Assembly: GCA_964016885.1 (NCBI GenBank)
Contig: OZ024759.1
Location: forward strand, 24,800,001-24,864,000
Source of the DNA: Eledone cirrhosa
Lineage: Eukaryota
Reading direction: 5' to 3'
Length of the DNA: 64,000 bases
Shown: positions 25,480 to 44,944 of the stretch, piece by piece
How the letters are laid out: the number at the start of each line of letters is the position of its first letter
Position numbering within the stretch: the stretch's first letter is position 1
Made by a program: the position numbers and the translations under genes
The notes under the pieces: model-generated
Told to the model about the DNA's origin: nothing
The model's input: only the letters and a program-made list of their open reading frames with translations
The model's database searches: none

Positions 25480-25790
25480 TCTTTTGTGTGGTTCACATGT
25501 AGGCCTCAAAAGATATATTTGTTGGTTCACATGTAGGCTTCAAGAGACCTATCTGTTGGTTCACATGTAGGCTTCAAGAGACCTATCTGTTGGGTCACAT
25601 GTAGGCCTAAAGAGACCTATCTGTTGGGTCACATGTAGGTCTAAAGATGTCCTATTTTTGGGGTCACATGTAGGCCTAAAGATGTCCTATCCTATTTGTT
25701 GGATCACATATAGGCCTCAATAGACCTATCTGTTGGTTCACAGGTAGGCCCTATATGTTGGCTCACATGTAGGCCTTGAAATGCCCTGTC
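25480..25790. repeat. ~34-bp degenerate minisatellite downstream of the SLC17 stop codon
   Basis: Unit ctatctgttggttcacatgtaggcttcaagagac, about 9 copies. Confidence 0.85.
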
Positions 25791-27092
25791 TATTTAGACT
25801 TAAGAGGTCTATAAGTTTAATTTAACATGAAGTACCTGGTGGCAAGATTCTCATTTTGTTGTTTAACTAACAATGTTTGTTAGAGTGAAGTAAGCCCCCC
25901 CCCTCTTCATCTCATTCTCATTTCTTTTTTTGTTTGTGTATGTGTGAGCTTGTTTGTTTGTTAGTGTATATGCTTACGTACTTTTGTGTTTGAGGGTGTG
26001 TATGTATGCATATATATATATATATATAGATATAGATATATATATGTGTATGTGTGTTTATATATATGTATATATATATATATCTACACACACACATAAA
26101 ACTAGGGAATTGTCACTTCACTACTGTATCTAAATGAGTAAGCCCTAATTTAATATTATCCCTGTTATTATTATGTTATACATATATATGCAATATGGCC
26201 TACATGTATTTTGTCAGGCTGTCAACATTAGAGAGGTTTTCATTCATGACTGATGTGTCCTCTCTGTAGCAATTTTTATTCAGACATAGTGTTTGTAAGT
26301 GGATTGCCTACCCTATGTCTCACGAAGTCCTCATCTCCTTCATGTGATTAGAGCAGAACTCTTTTCATATGAGGTTGAGTTTGTTTGGAGTGCCCAATAT
26401 CTTAGATGGGTTGCCTTCACTACAGTCAAGAGTTTACTTACATACATATATTTAAATACATTTATATACACACCCACACACCTTAACTCTTTTGATATTA
26501 ACCCAGCCAAAACCATCTCTGGTTCTATGAAATAAAACCACCTGTTTTAAAGGGTTCCTATTTAAATTTAAATTTTCAAACATAATCTCTCTATAATGTA
26601 TTGTCTGTATGCAGGCAATACATTTCCAGAGTTTTCATCCAATTTTGTTCAAATTTGATACATAGGTTATTTAGCTCCGTGAGCATGTCAACATATAGTT
26701 TCAACCTTGCTCTCCCCTAAAATAACAGAGTTCTGGGGCAATTTAAAGATGGCCGTGTTGAGGGGAGAGGGGGTCCTTATTGACAGAGGTGAAATGATGG
26801 GCTCTTTTGCTAGCTTTATACAAGAACCATATGTTAAATTACTATGGTAGTAATGAAATTAATCATTTTGGTAAATCTCTTAAAATTCTTCATTAATTAC
26901 TAGAAATACTGTGTACCTATTTAAATTTAAATTTTCCAACATAACTTTATAGAAGAACTATGTTAAGTTTCTGTCACAGTAATGAAAGGATTAATAATTT
27001 TGGTAAGTCATTCAAAATTCTTCTCTAATTACTCAACTAAGAATATATTTCATTAAAAATACAGTTAATGAAGTTGTATGTTAGTGCGTGTA

Positions 27093-27360
27093 CAGGGCCG
27101 GTGTTACCATATAGGCAGCCGCCTCGGGCACTGATTTCAGGGGGCTCAATTCTCCAAATCAACAACAATTTTGATAAATAAATAAATTTCAGTTTTATTG
27201 AGGGTCGTGTTTTATCATGGTTTATTTCATACAGGGGACAAATAAATGTTTAAAAAAATTTTTTTTTTAATTTATTGTTTATAAATTTTAAAATATTTTT
27301 CTTTAGAGGTACCAGTATCTAACCTTGCCTAGGGTGCCAGATAGTCTGGTACTGGCCCTG
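27093..27360. mobile_element. TIR element (hAT-like MITE)
   Basis: cagggccggt...actggccctg termini; flanks tgcgtgta/tgtgtgtt resemble a decayed 8-bp TSD. Confidence 0.55.
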
Positions 27361-27549
27361 TGTGTGTTTATATGTATATATTGTGGGAGGGTTATGGTAT
27401 GGTTTTAAAGTATTTGATTGATTTTTTTTTTTTACTTGTGTGGTATAGTGTCTGGGGTTTATGTATTGTTTGCTTGAATTTGGGTATGTGTGCTTGTGAG
27501 TTTGTATATGCAGCATGGTCTGTCTATATATTTAACCTGATATATCTTC

Positions 27550-27600
<51 letters not shown>

Positions 27601-28057
27601 ATCCCAATGTAAATCGGGAGGCAATCACTGTCTAAAATGTTACTCAATATGTTAATAGAGTATAGGTATATTCATTTTATTATAGAAAACTCTTCTACAG
27701 GACTAGAACTGTTTCATTTTTATAATACAATGAATATATACATATATACACCACCTCGCCTGCATGCATTTTGTTGTATTGTCAGCATTGGAAAGCTTTT
27801 CATCCAGTACTGAAGTGGCCATTGACAGTCATAGTTATATATATATATATATGTGTGAGTGTGTATGTATTCATGTATATATATATACACCCTTATAAAT
27901 ACTTATAATTTCATACAGAATCTTAAACATTTACCTTCATCACCCCTCCTCCACACAATATGTAAATTATATTGTTAACTTGTTCATTTGTTGACATTGG
28001 CATTATAGATTACTTTATTACCGTATTCTTCCATGTATTGCATGCAATCGTGTATAG

Positions 28058-28468
28058 CACATAGTACCCCTTTATGACCAGACATAACACATAGTACCCC
28101 TTTATGACCAGACATAACACATAGTACCCCTTTATGACCAGACATAACACATAGTACCCCTTTATGACCAGACATAACACATAGTACCCCTTTATGACCA
28201 GACATAACACATAGTACCCCTTTATGACCAGTCATAACAACAGTACCCCTTTATGACCAGTCATAACACATAGTACCCCTTTATGACCAGTCATAACACA
28301 TAGTACCCCATTATGACAGACATAACAACAGAACCCCTTTATGACCAGACATAACACATAGTACCCCTTTATGACCAGTCATAACAACAGTACCCCTTTA
28401 TGACCAGACATAACAACAGTACCCCTTTATGACCAGACATAACACACACCACCCCTTTATGACCAGAT
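28058..28468. repeat. 30-bp minisatellite, ~14 copies
   Basis: Unit acatagtacccctttatgaccagacataac. Confidence 0.95.
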
Positions 28469-28781
28469 AAATGTCTGTAACTAGTCTGAAAAAAGCTGGA
28501 AACATTTAGTTTTGGTGTACACCCCAAAACAAACAAGGAAAAAAGTGAAAGAAATTGCATTAAAGACCCAGAAGAATACGGTATTTCTTAAGAAAGAAGC
28601 AAGGTTTCTATGCAATTTTTATATATATAAGCTAAAATAGTAAATATATATATATTTACTATTTTAACTTCTTTTTGTTTGTTTTTGTTTTGTTCTCTCA
28701 TGAGAACTAAATTGTTAATATCCTTTTTGAGTCTCATCAGGCTACAGTTTATATATATATGTGTATGTATAGATAGATATA

Positions 28782-28842
<61 letters not shown>

Positions 28843-31659
28843 TTACACACATATATATATATATACAAGAAGACAACCTTACAATAATGAGACCAGCAAT
28901 TTGCCCACTGGGACACATGATTTCATAAAAGCATTATACAACTACTTCTAAATCTAGAAGTGAGATTACTGTTGTTGTTGATGCTGTTATATTTCTTTAT
29001 TAACTCTGAAAGGGCAGTGGATTGGCAATATCGGTAGAGATTTGGAGACGATGCTTTGCAGCATTGAGTGACATCCCTTCAAATCCTGCCGAAGTTAGCT
29101 TTGCCTTTCATCCTTATGAGGCCAATAAAATAAAGCACCAGTAATGCACTGGGGTCGATTTAATCGACTTTCCCCTCTCCTTAAATTGTTGGCCTTGTGC
29201 CTAACTCAGAAATCATTATTAACTCTTAACTCTTTTGATACCTAACTGCCTAAAACGACCCCTGGTTCTATAATACTAAACTGTTTATTTCAGATTGTTA
29301 TTATTTATTTACAATCCTATCATAATTTTATGTAAACACTTATGATATTCTATGTTCTAAATATCAGGTAAATAATGAAAGTTACTAAATCCTTGGAAAT
29401 TCTCAATTATTTCCAATATTTTTTGATAAACATTGGCAAAGCCTTTGTTACAAATAGGGTAATGAAAGTGTTAACCCTTTAGCATTTACATTACTTTATT
29501 CTTGTGGTAAAGGCTTTATCTCACATGATATCGAATCTACAATATTTTGATGATGTTATTATTTATTTTGAGAACAATATTTTAACGTTGGTATACGCGG
29601 CTGGTTATAGCTGGTTTGAACAGAAAGAGGTGAGAGAATTCTGGCTGGATATCGCCGGTTTAATGCCCCAAAGCATATGGAATCACATTAAGAAGACATA
29701 CTTGGAAAGTGCAAAACAGAACTTTGACTACTTCACATTAAACATTTTCACAATGATCTGTCCACTTGTAAAATGACTATAAACATTTGAATTAACAAAC
29801 CTGATTTTATATATTTTCTGCAAAATCATTACAAGATGTTAAGGGACAATTAACAACCATACATGTGCAACGATATTTCTTGCATCACATTAAAGTCTTT
29901 ACTCTTATACTGCAAATTTTCACAACAATTTGTTTGCTAGTAAAGGTATTGTAAACGTTTGAAATGACAAACCTTATGAAAGATATCTTTTGCAAAATCC
30001 TTATAGGATGTTAAGAGTTACTATGGAAATGTAATGTCTTCTCATTGTGTACGTTTTTATTGCTTTGCTTTCTTATTCCATTTTAATTCCCTTTAAGGTC
30101 CTTGCCGCCCCTAATGTTTGTAGCAAGGACTCAACAATGGCAGCTCTTAACAAATATGTCATACTAGTTGAAAGAATTGATAAAATTTGTCTTATTACTT
30201 AGTCCCACATGTTGCATAGTAAATAATTTTGCTAGTCGGGCATTGCTGAATAAAAGCATGTGATGTGTGTAGAAAAAGTGGTTAGCTTCTGAAAAGTTGA
30301 ATACATGGTGTTGATCCAGTTCTTAGCTGGAAATATTTTTTCTTTTGCTTTTGCAATAATGCTCTTTGGAAAGAATTGAATATCACAGCCTCACATGCCC
30401 CCTTCTTTTAAAATACCAGACCTCTGTATAAAGTAAAGCAGAAATTAACAGTCATTGGTTTATTGCAGGTTGTCACACCTATGATTCTACAAAACTGAAT
30501 TTTTTTTTTCCTTTGATATGTGGTGGATATACAGTATATAAAAAAACAATAGGAAATACGAATATCAAAAGTGAAATCGGTGTAATATTCATAACCTCCA
30601 AAGTGAAAATATTGTAGCACCTCATTTATGTAGAATTTTGAACTTCATAAAAATCGGTGAAATATTGACCTCCAATATAAGCTAATCTCCCATTTTACCA
30701 TACATTTTTCATATATTTCTCTGCTTATATACGAGTATATATGGTATTAGATGGTGTTCACTATTACTTGGACACTACATTTTACGGTTTCAAATTCATA
30801 CTTGAATCAAAACTATTAATGTCTACTAAAAGTTTAATTAATCTATAAATGAAGTTATTGAAAAAAAAAAAAATTAACGAATTACAGTGTGGTTTTACAA
30901 CCCCTCCCTTCTAATACTTCCTAGAACTCCTTGAAAATTATAAGGTTATGTACTCTTATAAATTGGTCTAATATTCACCTCTGAAGTGAAAATATTGTAG
31001 CGCCTCATTTATGTAGAATTTTGAACTTTGTGAAAATTGGCAAAAATTGACCTCAAATATAAACTAATCTCTCATTTTTACCATCAATTTTTATTGTAGT
31101 GCACCTGAGCACTGTACACGATAATTTTCATTATTATTATTATATGTGAGATAAGCCTAATATGAATGGACTGTTTTACACATCCACTATTATTTTATAC
31201 ACAAACCAGTAACAAAGTTCAGATTTAATAGCTATATGTTCTGACATAATTGATTAACTCTAGTCTGAGGCTGTACATTTCTTAGTTTGACATTGTACCT
31301 ATTTCTGACAGTTAGGTAGATTCTGGGGTGAAGTTTTACAGTTCCTGCACCCATCTGGTGATTATTTCTGATAGGAGGACTCTGTTCTGAAGATGAACAC
31401 TGTTTAGATCTGGTACACATTTCTGATAGGAAGACTCTGTTCTGAAGGTGAACAGTTCTTATTGCCAGTTTCTTTCAGTTTAATATTTTTAATGACCTTT
31501 TTTATTACTATTTTGTTTTATTTTAATAGCCTCTTTATTGTCATTCTTGTTTAATCGATTCAATTGACATCACTTTTTTTTATTGTCTCATTGATAATAT
31601 TTTTTATCAAACATTCAATCACCATTTTGCATTTACTTCATAAATATATATATACATAA

Positions 31660-31920
31660 ATACAAATGAATATATGATAGGGATAAACACTGATACAAGT
31701 ATACAAGTGTTTGCATTGTAAATGACCAAGTTAGCTAGATTGAAAAATACTAATTAAAATAATACGGTTTGTTTTTATTGATTTTATTATTTTAAATCGA
31801 GACAGGCAAACCATATTATTTTAATTAGTATTTTTCAATCTAGCTAACTTGGTCATTTTCAATGCAAACACATGTATACTTGTATCAGTGTTTATCCCTA
31901 TCATATATTCATTTGTATTA
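31660..31920. repeat. Inverted repeat, ~105 bp arms with a ~50 bp spacer
   Basis: aatacaaatgaatatatgataggg...aaaataata versus tattattttaatt...ccctatcatatattcatttgtatt. Confidence 0.85.
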
Positions 31921-32211
31921 CACGGCTCAGAAATATCCCTTTCTTTGAGCTATTTATTTGTAAAAGACTATTTAAGTTTATAACTCTATATATATACATA
32001 AATATATATTTCAGAGGAAGTAACGAAAGGCTTTACATAGAATCATATATATATATGATTCTGTAATTTTAATAATGTTGTACCCATAACATATTATCTG
32101 TATCGGTACCATCTTTTTTTGATATTCTAATGCCAAATTTTCATTGAGTTGGTACAAATTCATTTGTATGTATGTGTGTATGTGTATGTATATATATATA
32201 TATACACACAC

Positions 32212-32561
32212 AATATATTAATAAATGGAAACTATATTTATAAAACCATAATTATTTTATTATATATATTTCAAGGGCGACCAAGCCAATCTTGGTGCGC
32301 TTTCATCAGATAAAATACAAAATATGTTTTATAAATAGTAACATAACCATGGAAAACAACCTTGACGATTGAAAATTCGCTGGATAGCGCACCAAGAGTT
32401 GCTTGGCTGCCCTTGAAATATATATAATAAAATAATTATGGTTTTATAAATATAGTTTCCATTTATTAATATATTGAATATTTACTCCAGTAATCTGTTG
32501 AGTGCTCTATACCAGTTATAAACTTTTAAGTTTGTTGGAATCCCAACAAATTAAATATATC

Positions 32562-32564
<3 letters not shown>
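32212..32564. mobile_element. Penelope-like pseudo-LTR remnant with partial inverted copy
   Basis: ~32212-32301 is inverted at ~32388-32476; contains the hammerhead; bounded by (TA)n. Confidence 0.55.
32253..32317 (-). ncRNA. Type I hammerhead ribozyme motif with intact core
   Basis: Minus strand: tattttat CTGATGA aagcgcaccaag attgg cttggtcgccctt GAAA t atat ATA ataaaata. 8-bp helix I, long helix II, minimal palindromic helix III, AUA triplet. Confidence 0.7.
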
Positions 32565-32593
<29 letters not shown>

Positions 32594-32993
32594 GAGAGAG
32601 AGACCACTTTTAGCAATGGGTTAAAGTACGTGTGTATATATACATTCTTTAACCCATTGCTAAAAATAGTCTATGGGCCTTGCTTGAGGTAATTTTTAGT
32701 AAATCAACAATACCCGCTCCCCACCAAAAAATGTGTCCTTGTGTCTATAATAGAACTAATATTTCAAGCAGTGGAACAAAAACTATTATGATATATTCAA
32801 AGGAAAACTAAATATGAAGTAATTAAAAATAGAATAGCCAAGTTTTTAATTACAGATAATTAAAAGTACAGTCACTAAATTTTTCATTACCCTATTTCTA
32901 ATAACATACATGAAATTTAGATTAATTGATAAAGAATTTGGAGGGATTCACTAAATTTATTGGTTCATTATTAACCCTTTACATTACTCTGTA

Positions 32994-33905
32994 TCATCAT
33001 CATCATCATCATCACCGTTTTACGTCCGTTCTTCCACGCTAGCATGGGTTAGACGGGTTGTCCTGTTGTGTGCAGTGTCTGGTCAGCTGACCATGCCTTG
33101 CTCATACAGGAACTGATCTGGCTTGATTTCTACAGCTGGATGCCCTTCCTAACACCAACCTCATTTACAGTGAGTGCTGGGTGCTTTTTCGTGGCGCCTA
33201 CACGTCCACTTTACAGTGTGGGCTGGGTGCTTTTTTGCCGTGGCACCTCCACGACCACCTTGCGGTGGGGGGTGTGGGGGCATATTGTTTATATGCTTCA
33301 GCATGTACCCATGGGAGGTCGGGTACTCTGTATTACTGCGTGACGCCAGAAGTCACGGTCGTGTGTCATTGTCTTTGAGAGGTGTAATTGGGTAAGGTCG
33401 GCTTTTATCACCTCATCCCAGGTCATCTTGGGTCTCCCCACTCCGCGGTTTCCATCAACTTCTAGTGCTCTGCACCTTTTTATGCAGCTGTCATCCTTCA
33501 TACACATCACATGTCCATACCAGCGCAACCGCCTCTCCTGCACACAGCATTTGATTCCTCTTATGCTCAGTCTCTCTCTCAATTCATTTATGCTTTGTCG
33601 TTCACGTATATTACTGTTACACATCCATCGGAGCATGCAGGCTTCGTTTCTCTCTAATCTACGTAAGTCTTCCACCTTCAGCGCCCAGGTCTCACTACCA
33701 TGCAACATCGCTGTTCGGATACACGCATCATACAGTCTGCCTTTCATTCTGAGGGAGAAGCCTTTTGCAGCTAGCAGTGGTAGTAGTTCCCTAAACTTCT
33801 TCCATCCCGTTCTTACCCTAGTTATTGTACTTTCTGAACACCCACCTCCGTTGCTAATTCGGTCACCTAGGTAGCAGAAGCTGTCTACTGTTTCTACAGG
33901 GCCCT
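32994..33905 (-). mobile_element. 5'-truncated RTE-clade LINE (C-terminal ORF plus 3' tail)
   Basis: FCYLGD...GWKKFRELLPLL...KGRLYDACIRTAMLHGSETW...RLRWYGHV...GRPKMTW; ends in (ATG)n. Confidence 0.9.
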
Positions 33906-34322
33906 CCCAGAGATTGGTGGTACTTGTTTCCTGTGGCTGTATATACTATTGTATTTTTGCAGTAAAGGCTTTACCTCACATAATATTGAATCTATGAGAT
34001 TTTGGTAACAATACCTTATCATCAGTATGAATGGCCGGTTTGAACAGAAAGAGGTGAGAGACTTCTGGCCGGATACGGCTGGTTTAACCCTTTAGCATTT
34101 GTTTCTTTGGTCCAATGTGACAAGTTCCACATCCACTCGGTAAGTGAGTGAGGTCTATGAATTTGTCAATTCGGATAGAAAAAAGAAATTTTAATTAAAA
34201 AAAATTAAGTCAGTATTTTTAACATAACTTAAAATTTTCTTTTGATCAGTGTTATTTAAATTATGATGGAAAATTTTAATTTAGATATTTACTCATTAAG
34301 ATGGGTGGTTTTATGTCATGGA

Positions 34323-34628
34323 CAGAGGTTCTCAAAGTGGACTCTACTGCCCGCTTGTAGGGCGTTGAAAGATCCATGATACATATTATATATAAATATA
34401 GTAAAATAAAAATATATAATGTTTATTTATACATCGTGTATATTATATTATCTATTATATATAATATAATATACACGATGTATAAATAAACATTATATAT
34501 TTTAATATATAAATTAATGATTTTATTTATCATGTCTTATTTACAATTTGGGTGTAGGTAGGTCTCTCTCGAAATAGGGGTGGTGGGCGCTGAGTGGGGC
34601 AGTGACCAAAAAAGTTTGAGAACCTCTG
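34323..34628. mobile_element. hAT-like MITE (second copy) with an internal fold-back duplication
   Basis: cagaggttctcaaa / tttgagaacctctg TIRs; homologous to 8290-8629. Confidence 0.6.
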
Positions 34629-35682
34629 TCATAGAACAAGAGATGGTTTGATATCAAAAGGGATTAACAGTTTGTATATTTTTGATTGATTATACAATTT
34701 TAATTGTTACTATCTGTTGCATTCCTAACTAGCATGTGCACTAAATAACAAACAGATGCACACATAACATCCATTCATTTGTTGGTAACATTAACTGTGT
34801 TGAATCAATATTTTTCAATTGTGTGAACATGTCTGTATATATGTAATGAAGGCATGAGGATGTGTGTGTATATATATATATATATATATGCAATTGTGTA
34901 AATACATGAGCATGTGTGTATATATGCAATTGGGTGAGCGTGTGTGTGTGCAATGAAGGCATGAGGCTTAATGGGTAGAGTGTTTAACTCATGATTGAAA
35001 GGTTGTGAGTTCAATTCCCAGTGACATGTTGGGTTAAGGTGTTTATATTTCTCTAAAATCCTTTCATTATAATTATATGAAATAAACTTTGTTAAATTAT
35101 GTTCTGTAACCCATTTTGCTAATGAGAAAGTTATTTATATTACAAAATCACTCCCAATTCTTGATTATTTTCAAAATTATAGTCAGTGTCTTTCAATTGT
35201 TATATTTCAAAGTCTCTCCCAATATTTTTATTACAAAATAGTTATTTGTAAATCCCTACTAATTCTTGATTTTTTTTTTTTTTTTTCCAAAAATTATTTG
35301 AAAATCATAGGCTGTGTTTTTCATTCAAAATATCATAACAAATGGATCAAAGTATTTATATTTATCTAAAAAACACTTTTGTTATAATTATATGGAAGAG
35401 CCTCTCTTAAGTAATGCTCCCCAAAACAAGCTTAATATCGAATGTTACTTATATAACTAAATCCCTATAAATTCTTGATTATTTCCAAATTTATTTGACA
35501 ATCCTAAGCTGGGTGTTTCAATTGGTGGTGCAAGTGTGTGTATGTTGATATTTACTATTAACAAAATCTATAATTTGATCATATACATGGCTGGACTTTC
35601 CTCAGCTGTGGCCCTAAGCTGTATGAAATGTGAGGTACTTCTTCTCTAAAAAAATCTATTAATGTTAATGATAAAGAATAAA

Positions 35683-40620
<4,938 letters not shown>

Positions 40621-40629
40621 ATATAGACA

Positions 40630-41200
40630 TAGGGTGTCTATAGTGTGGTGCGATACACAGTAGCTGGAGGTGTAACATGTGGCAGCTAGAGGTATAGTGT
40701 GATTTGACATGCGGCAGTTAGAGATATTGTATGGTGTGACATGTGACTTGGAGGCATAGTGTGATGTTACATGTGGTATAGAGTGATATGACATGTGGCA
40801 CTGGTGATATAGTGTGGTTTGACATAAGGGAACTCTTAATATAGCATGATGTGACAGCTTGAGGCATAGTGTTGTGTGACATGTGGCAGCTGGTGATATA
40901 GTGTGGTTTGACATAAGGGAACTCTTAATATAGCATGATGTGACAGCTTGAGGCATAGTGTTGTGTGACATGTGGCAGCTGGTGATATAGTGTGGTGTGA
41001 CATGTGGGATCTCTAGATATAGTATAGTGTGACATGTGGCAGTTGGTGATATAGTGTGCTGCAACATGGGGTAGTTCTAAATATAGTGTGGTGTGACATG
41101 TGGAAGCTGTTGATATATTGTAGTGTGACATATAACAGCTGATATAGTGCGATGTGGTGACACGTAGAATTTTTAAATATTGTGTGGTGAGACATTATAT
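40630..41200. repeat. Degenerate tandem repeat (~34-36 bp units, with an internal ~90 bp duplication)
   Basis: Recurrent gatatagtgtggtgtgacatgtggcagctg; ~40800-40890 is repeated at ~40890-40990. Confidence 0.8.
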
Positions 41201-41884
41201 GTCTTCCAGTCGTATTTCATGTTGTAGCTGGAATACTATGCACCACATGGGATATGTTAACATGAAGTATAGTATAATCTGTCATCTGGTAGCTAGAAAT
41301 ATAACATTTTTGTTGATATCAATTGTCACATAACATATATCATAAACTTTATTTGCTGTACTATATGCTACATAGAAACATAGTATAATGTGTTAAGTAG
41401 TGTGTTCATATTCTATGTGAAATACTGCATTTGCTAGCCTATTGGACAGCCCTTCATATAAGATGTTCCCAAGTTTTACAAGGACATTTTGCGAAAAAAA
41501 GAATCTTAGTACATTTCTTTATAAATTTTTTTTTTATTATTTTGTTTTTTCAGAAACTCTTATATAAGTTCGACATCATTTTACTTATATAAATTATATT
41601 GTATTAGTAATACTAATACTAAATTATACTGTATTGGTAATACTAATAGTAATACAAACCAAATTATATTGTATTAGTAATACAAACCAAGTTTTTTAAC
41701 CATGATTGTCCTCACCCTCCATTTGGCCACCCGTCGGTTATATGGACATATTGGACGCAGGGAAGATTTTTTATGTTTTTTTTTTTTTTAACAAATCTGC
41801 GTCCAATAGGCCAGAAAATATGGTATATACTATGATATGTTATATAGTGAGATGTTCTGTGTCCCTAGACTGTGAAATATATAG

Positions 41885-42295
41885 CATGAGGGTCAGCACA
41901 AATGTTCATAGGCTGACCAAGATACTCTCATGGAATGACCAAATGTGGTTTATTTTTCAACATAATCCCTGGAAAGAAACAATGCAGTTATTAATAAGAA
42001 AACTTGAAATTAATGCATGCTAGATTTTACAGCACCACTCTTTCATATTCAGCCTATGAAGTTTTCAGTCGAGCTACATGTGTTTATATATATACATAAG
42101 GGTCATCTGAGCAGTTCGTAGGCTGACCAAGATCCTCTCATGGAATGACCATATGTGGTTTATTTTTCAACACAGTCCCTGGAAAGAAACAATGCAGTTA
42201 TTAATAATAAAAAAAGTTGAAATTAAATGCATGCTAGATTTCACAGCTCTAGTATCACTCTTTCATAGTCAACCTATGTACTTTTCAGCCTACCC
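41885..42295. repeat. Direct duplication of a ~200 bp DNA-transposon-like segment
   Basis: ggctgaccaagat(a/c)ctctcatggaatgacca...gaaagaaacaatgcagttatt...cagcct occurs twice. Confidence 0.7.
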
Positions 42296-43599
42296 TCATA
42301 TGATGTGTTACATAGTATGTTTATACTCTATGTGAAATGTATAGTATGATGTGGTTCTTGACAATATTACAAAGGATATTTAATGTTATGTATAAATATA
42401 TACGCTATGGCAGCTAAAAGAAGTATTTTGGTATCATTTATGACATAGGATTTATCAAATATCATTTTCTATATATGTATTATCTGGAAAGTATGAGATT
42501 TTGTATACTATATACACACACACATTTATATATACATACACAAAAATATATATACATACACAAACATATATACATGCTCACATATGTATTGATACATGCA
42601 TATATATATATATATATACATATATACATACACTGTCGGGTCCCAAATAATAGGGGACGGGAATCTGAAAAATTAATAAGCAGCGGGAGATGATTATTCA
42701 AGATCTGAGAGTACAGGCATATATATATATACACACACACAGATATTCACATACAATACATATACATCCAAAAGAGAGGAGAGAACTCAATCTGCGAGAA
42801 GAGTTGTAATATAAGAATTTCACTTAAACCACTGTAGTCATGACAACTGTTTCATTGCTTCAGGTCGGTTTTGAAATGAAGCAGCTGTTGTGAATATGGT
42901 AGTTTAATAAAATTAAGACATGCATTTATATATACACTTATATATATTATATACATGTACATACACTTATATATATTATATACATGTACATACACTTATG
43001 TACACATGTATTTATATATAATGTGGCCTCGTGTATTCATGTATAAGCACACACATGCACACATATATATATATATTCCAATATTCCAGAGTCAGGATAG
43101 AACATTACCCGATCATTCCTCGAGCTGATCGGCAATAAAACATATGTAATTAAATAAGTATATGATGTAATACTGATTCTTTGTTCCTTTTAATATATAT
43201 ATATGTATATATAGGAAGTAATTCCGTCGGAAAGGTCCAGGGAAAAAGTGTGTTCTATGTAGGTTACAGAGCTTATTATAATATAAGCTTATTATATATT
43301 ATATATGTGTGTGTGTGGCTTCAGCCACTTAGCTGGAACAGGTAAAAGAATATTCATATACAAAAGTATCTACATGTATATATATATATATGTGTGTGTG
43401 TGTCCTTTGGACATGTTTACCATGATAACCGATAAACTTTTCTAATATTCTAGAATGTTTGTATCATGTTTAGGAATTGTCTATTTTTTAATGTTTTTCA
43501 TTAAGTATTGTTTATATATATCCACATATATTCTTGTAGGAAATAAATGTCTATGATATGAAATGAATATTTCCTGAAAATACTTTATTATAAAGAAAC

Positions 43600-43635
<36 letters not shown>

Positions 43636-44510
43636 TTTATGTCTGCTTGCAAGAGTGGGATCTGTCCTTTTCAGTACAGCATCTCTACATTCATCAAACT
43701 TCCATTGGGATTACTTGGCATATCTTCACCCAGCACATCAAATGGCCATACCAATCAACGTGGTCTTCTCTCCTGCACACTACAGTTTCTCTCTCAACTC
43801 TTCCATGTTTGATCGTTTACAAACACATATTGCTACATTAACTAGAGGAAGGGAGCTCTCAGGAGAGCTGAACAGCATATCTTCAGAGAAGGAACCCCCT
43901 CTCAAGCAAGAGTTTCGGCTGCAACTTCTTACACTCTAAAGGGCCTGAGCCGCATCCAGGTCATAATGCTTGGGTGTCCTTCTGCTAACATTTAACTATT
44001 TGCATAGTGGAAACTTGTTGAGTATTTTAACCATATGGAGATCTAGCTGGAAATCCTATCAGTTGCAAAGTATTGAGTACTCTGGTACGTTATGGTCTAC
44101 CTGGTTCCTTACCACACTTCCTTCGTTATATATTTATATATATAGTATATTTAAAATTTCATACACTTTTCATGTATGTGCAACCTTTGGTTTCGGGGTC
44201 CAGTTATGGCCACCACTGTCTAGGATTGGCTGCCCCCTCACGTTCATTACTTTATTTTATTATTTTTTATTGAAAAAATTATATAATTAAATAAAAATAT
44301 GTTTAATAAACTTTATTCCATACGAATTATACTAAATAAAATTTTCACTGCGAAAATACGAAAACGTGACTGAGAATGTGTGGCTAACTTTGAAAGGTAA
44401 CAGGTGCTGTTTTGAAATTCACGTAATTATTACCAAATTAAACTTTATTTTCTATATTTTATTAACTATTTCAACGTCCAATATGATTTATAAATGAATA
44501 TATGTATAAG

Positions 44511-44544
<34 letters not shown>

Positions 44545-44944
44545 TTAATTATAGAAATAAGAAAAGGTAAAAATTCTCAATCAAACGTGACAAGACATAC
44601 ACACCTCCAATTACACATTGTAGCAGAAAATATTGCTGTTTCCCTCTAAATATTTTTAATGGCAAGCTAAAACATTGTCGCAGGTAATAGTGAAGCTAAG
44701 GTGCTGTAATATTCATGTACATTTATTAGTATTGTGTAATATTTCAGTAAAAGGGGCCACCAATAACTATAAAAGTTTGTTGTCAGCTACCCCAGCCACC
44801 ACGAACTTTTGAATACAAATGTTAGTTCATGTAATTTATTTTTACCCTTGTTTTCATATGGTGGTATTTGTCTAGGGTCTTTGATAACATTTATTTATAG
44901 TGTGTTTTTGTGGGGTGGTGCCGGGTGTAATATGATTTTTCTCA

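Noticed and set aside
27984-28560. Repeat ORFs (MSGHKGVLCV)n
   Set aside because: Translation of the 30-bp minisatellite.
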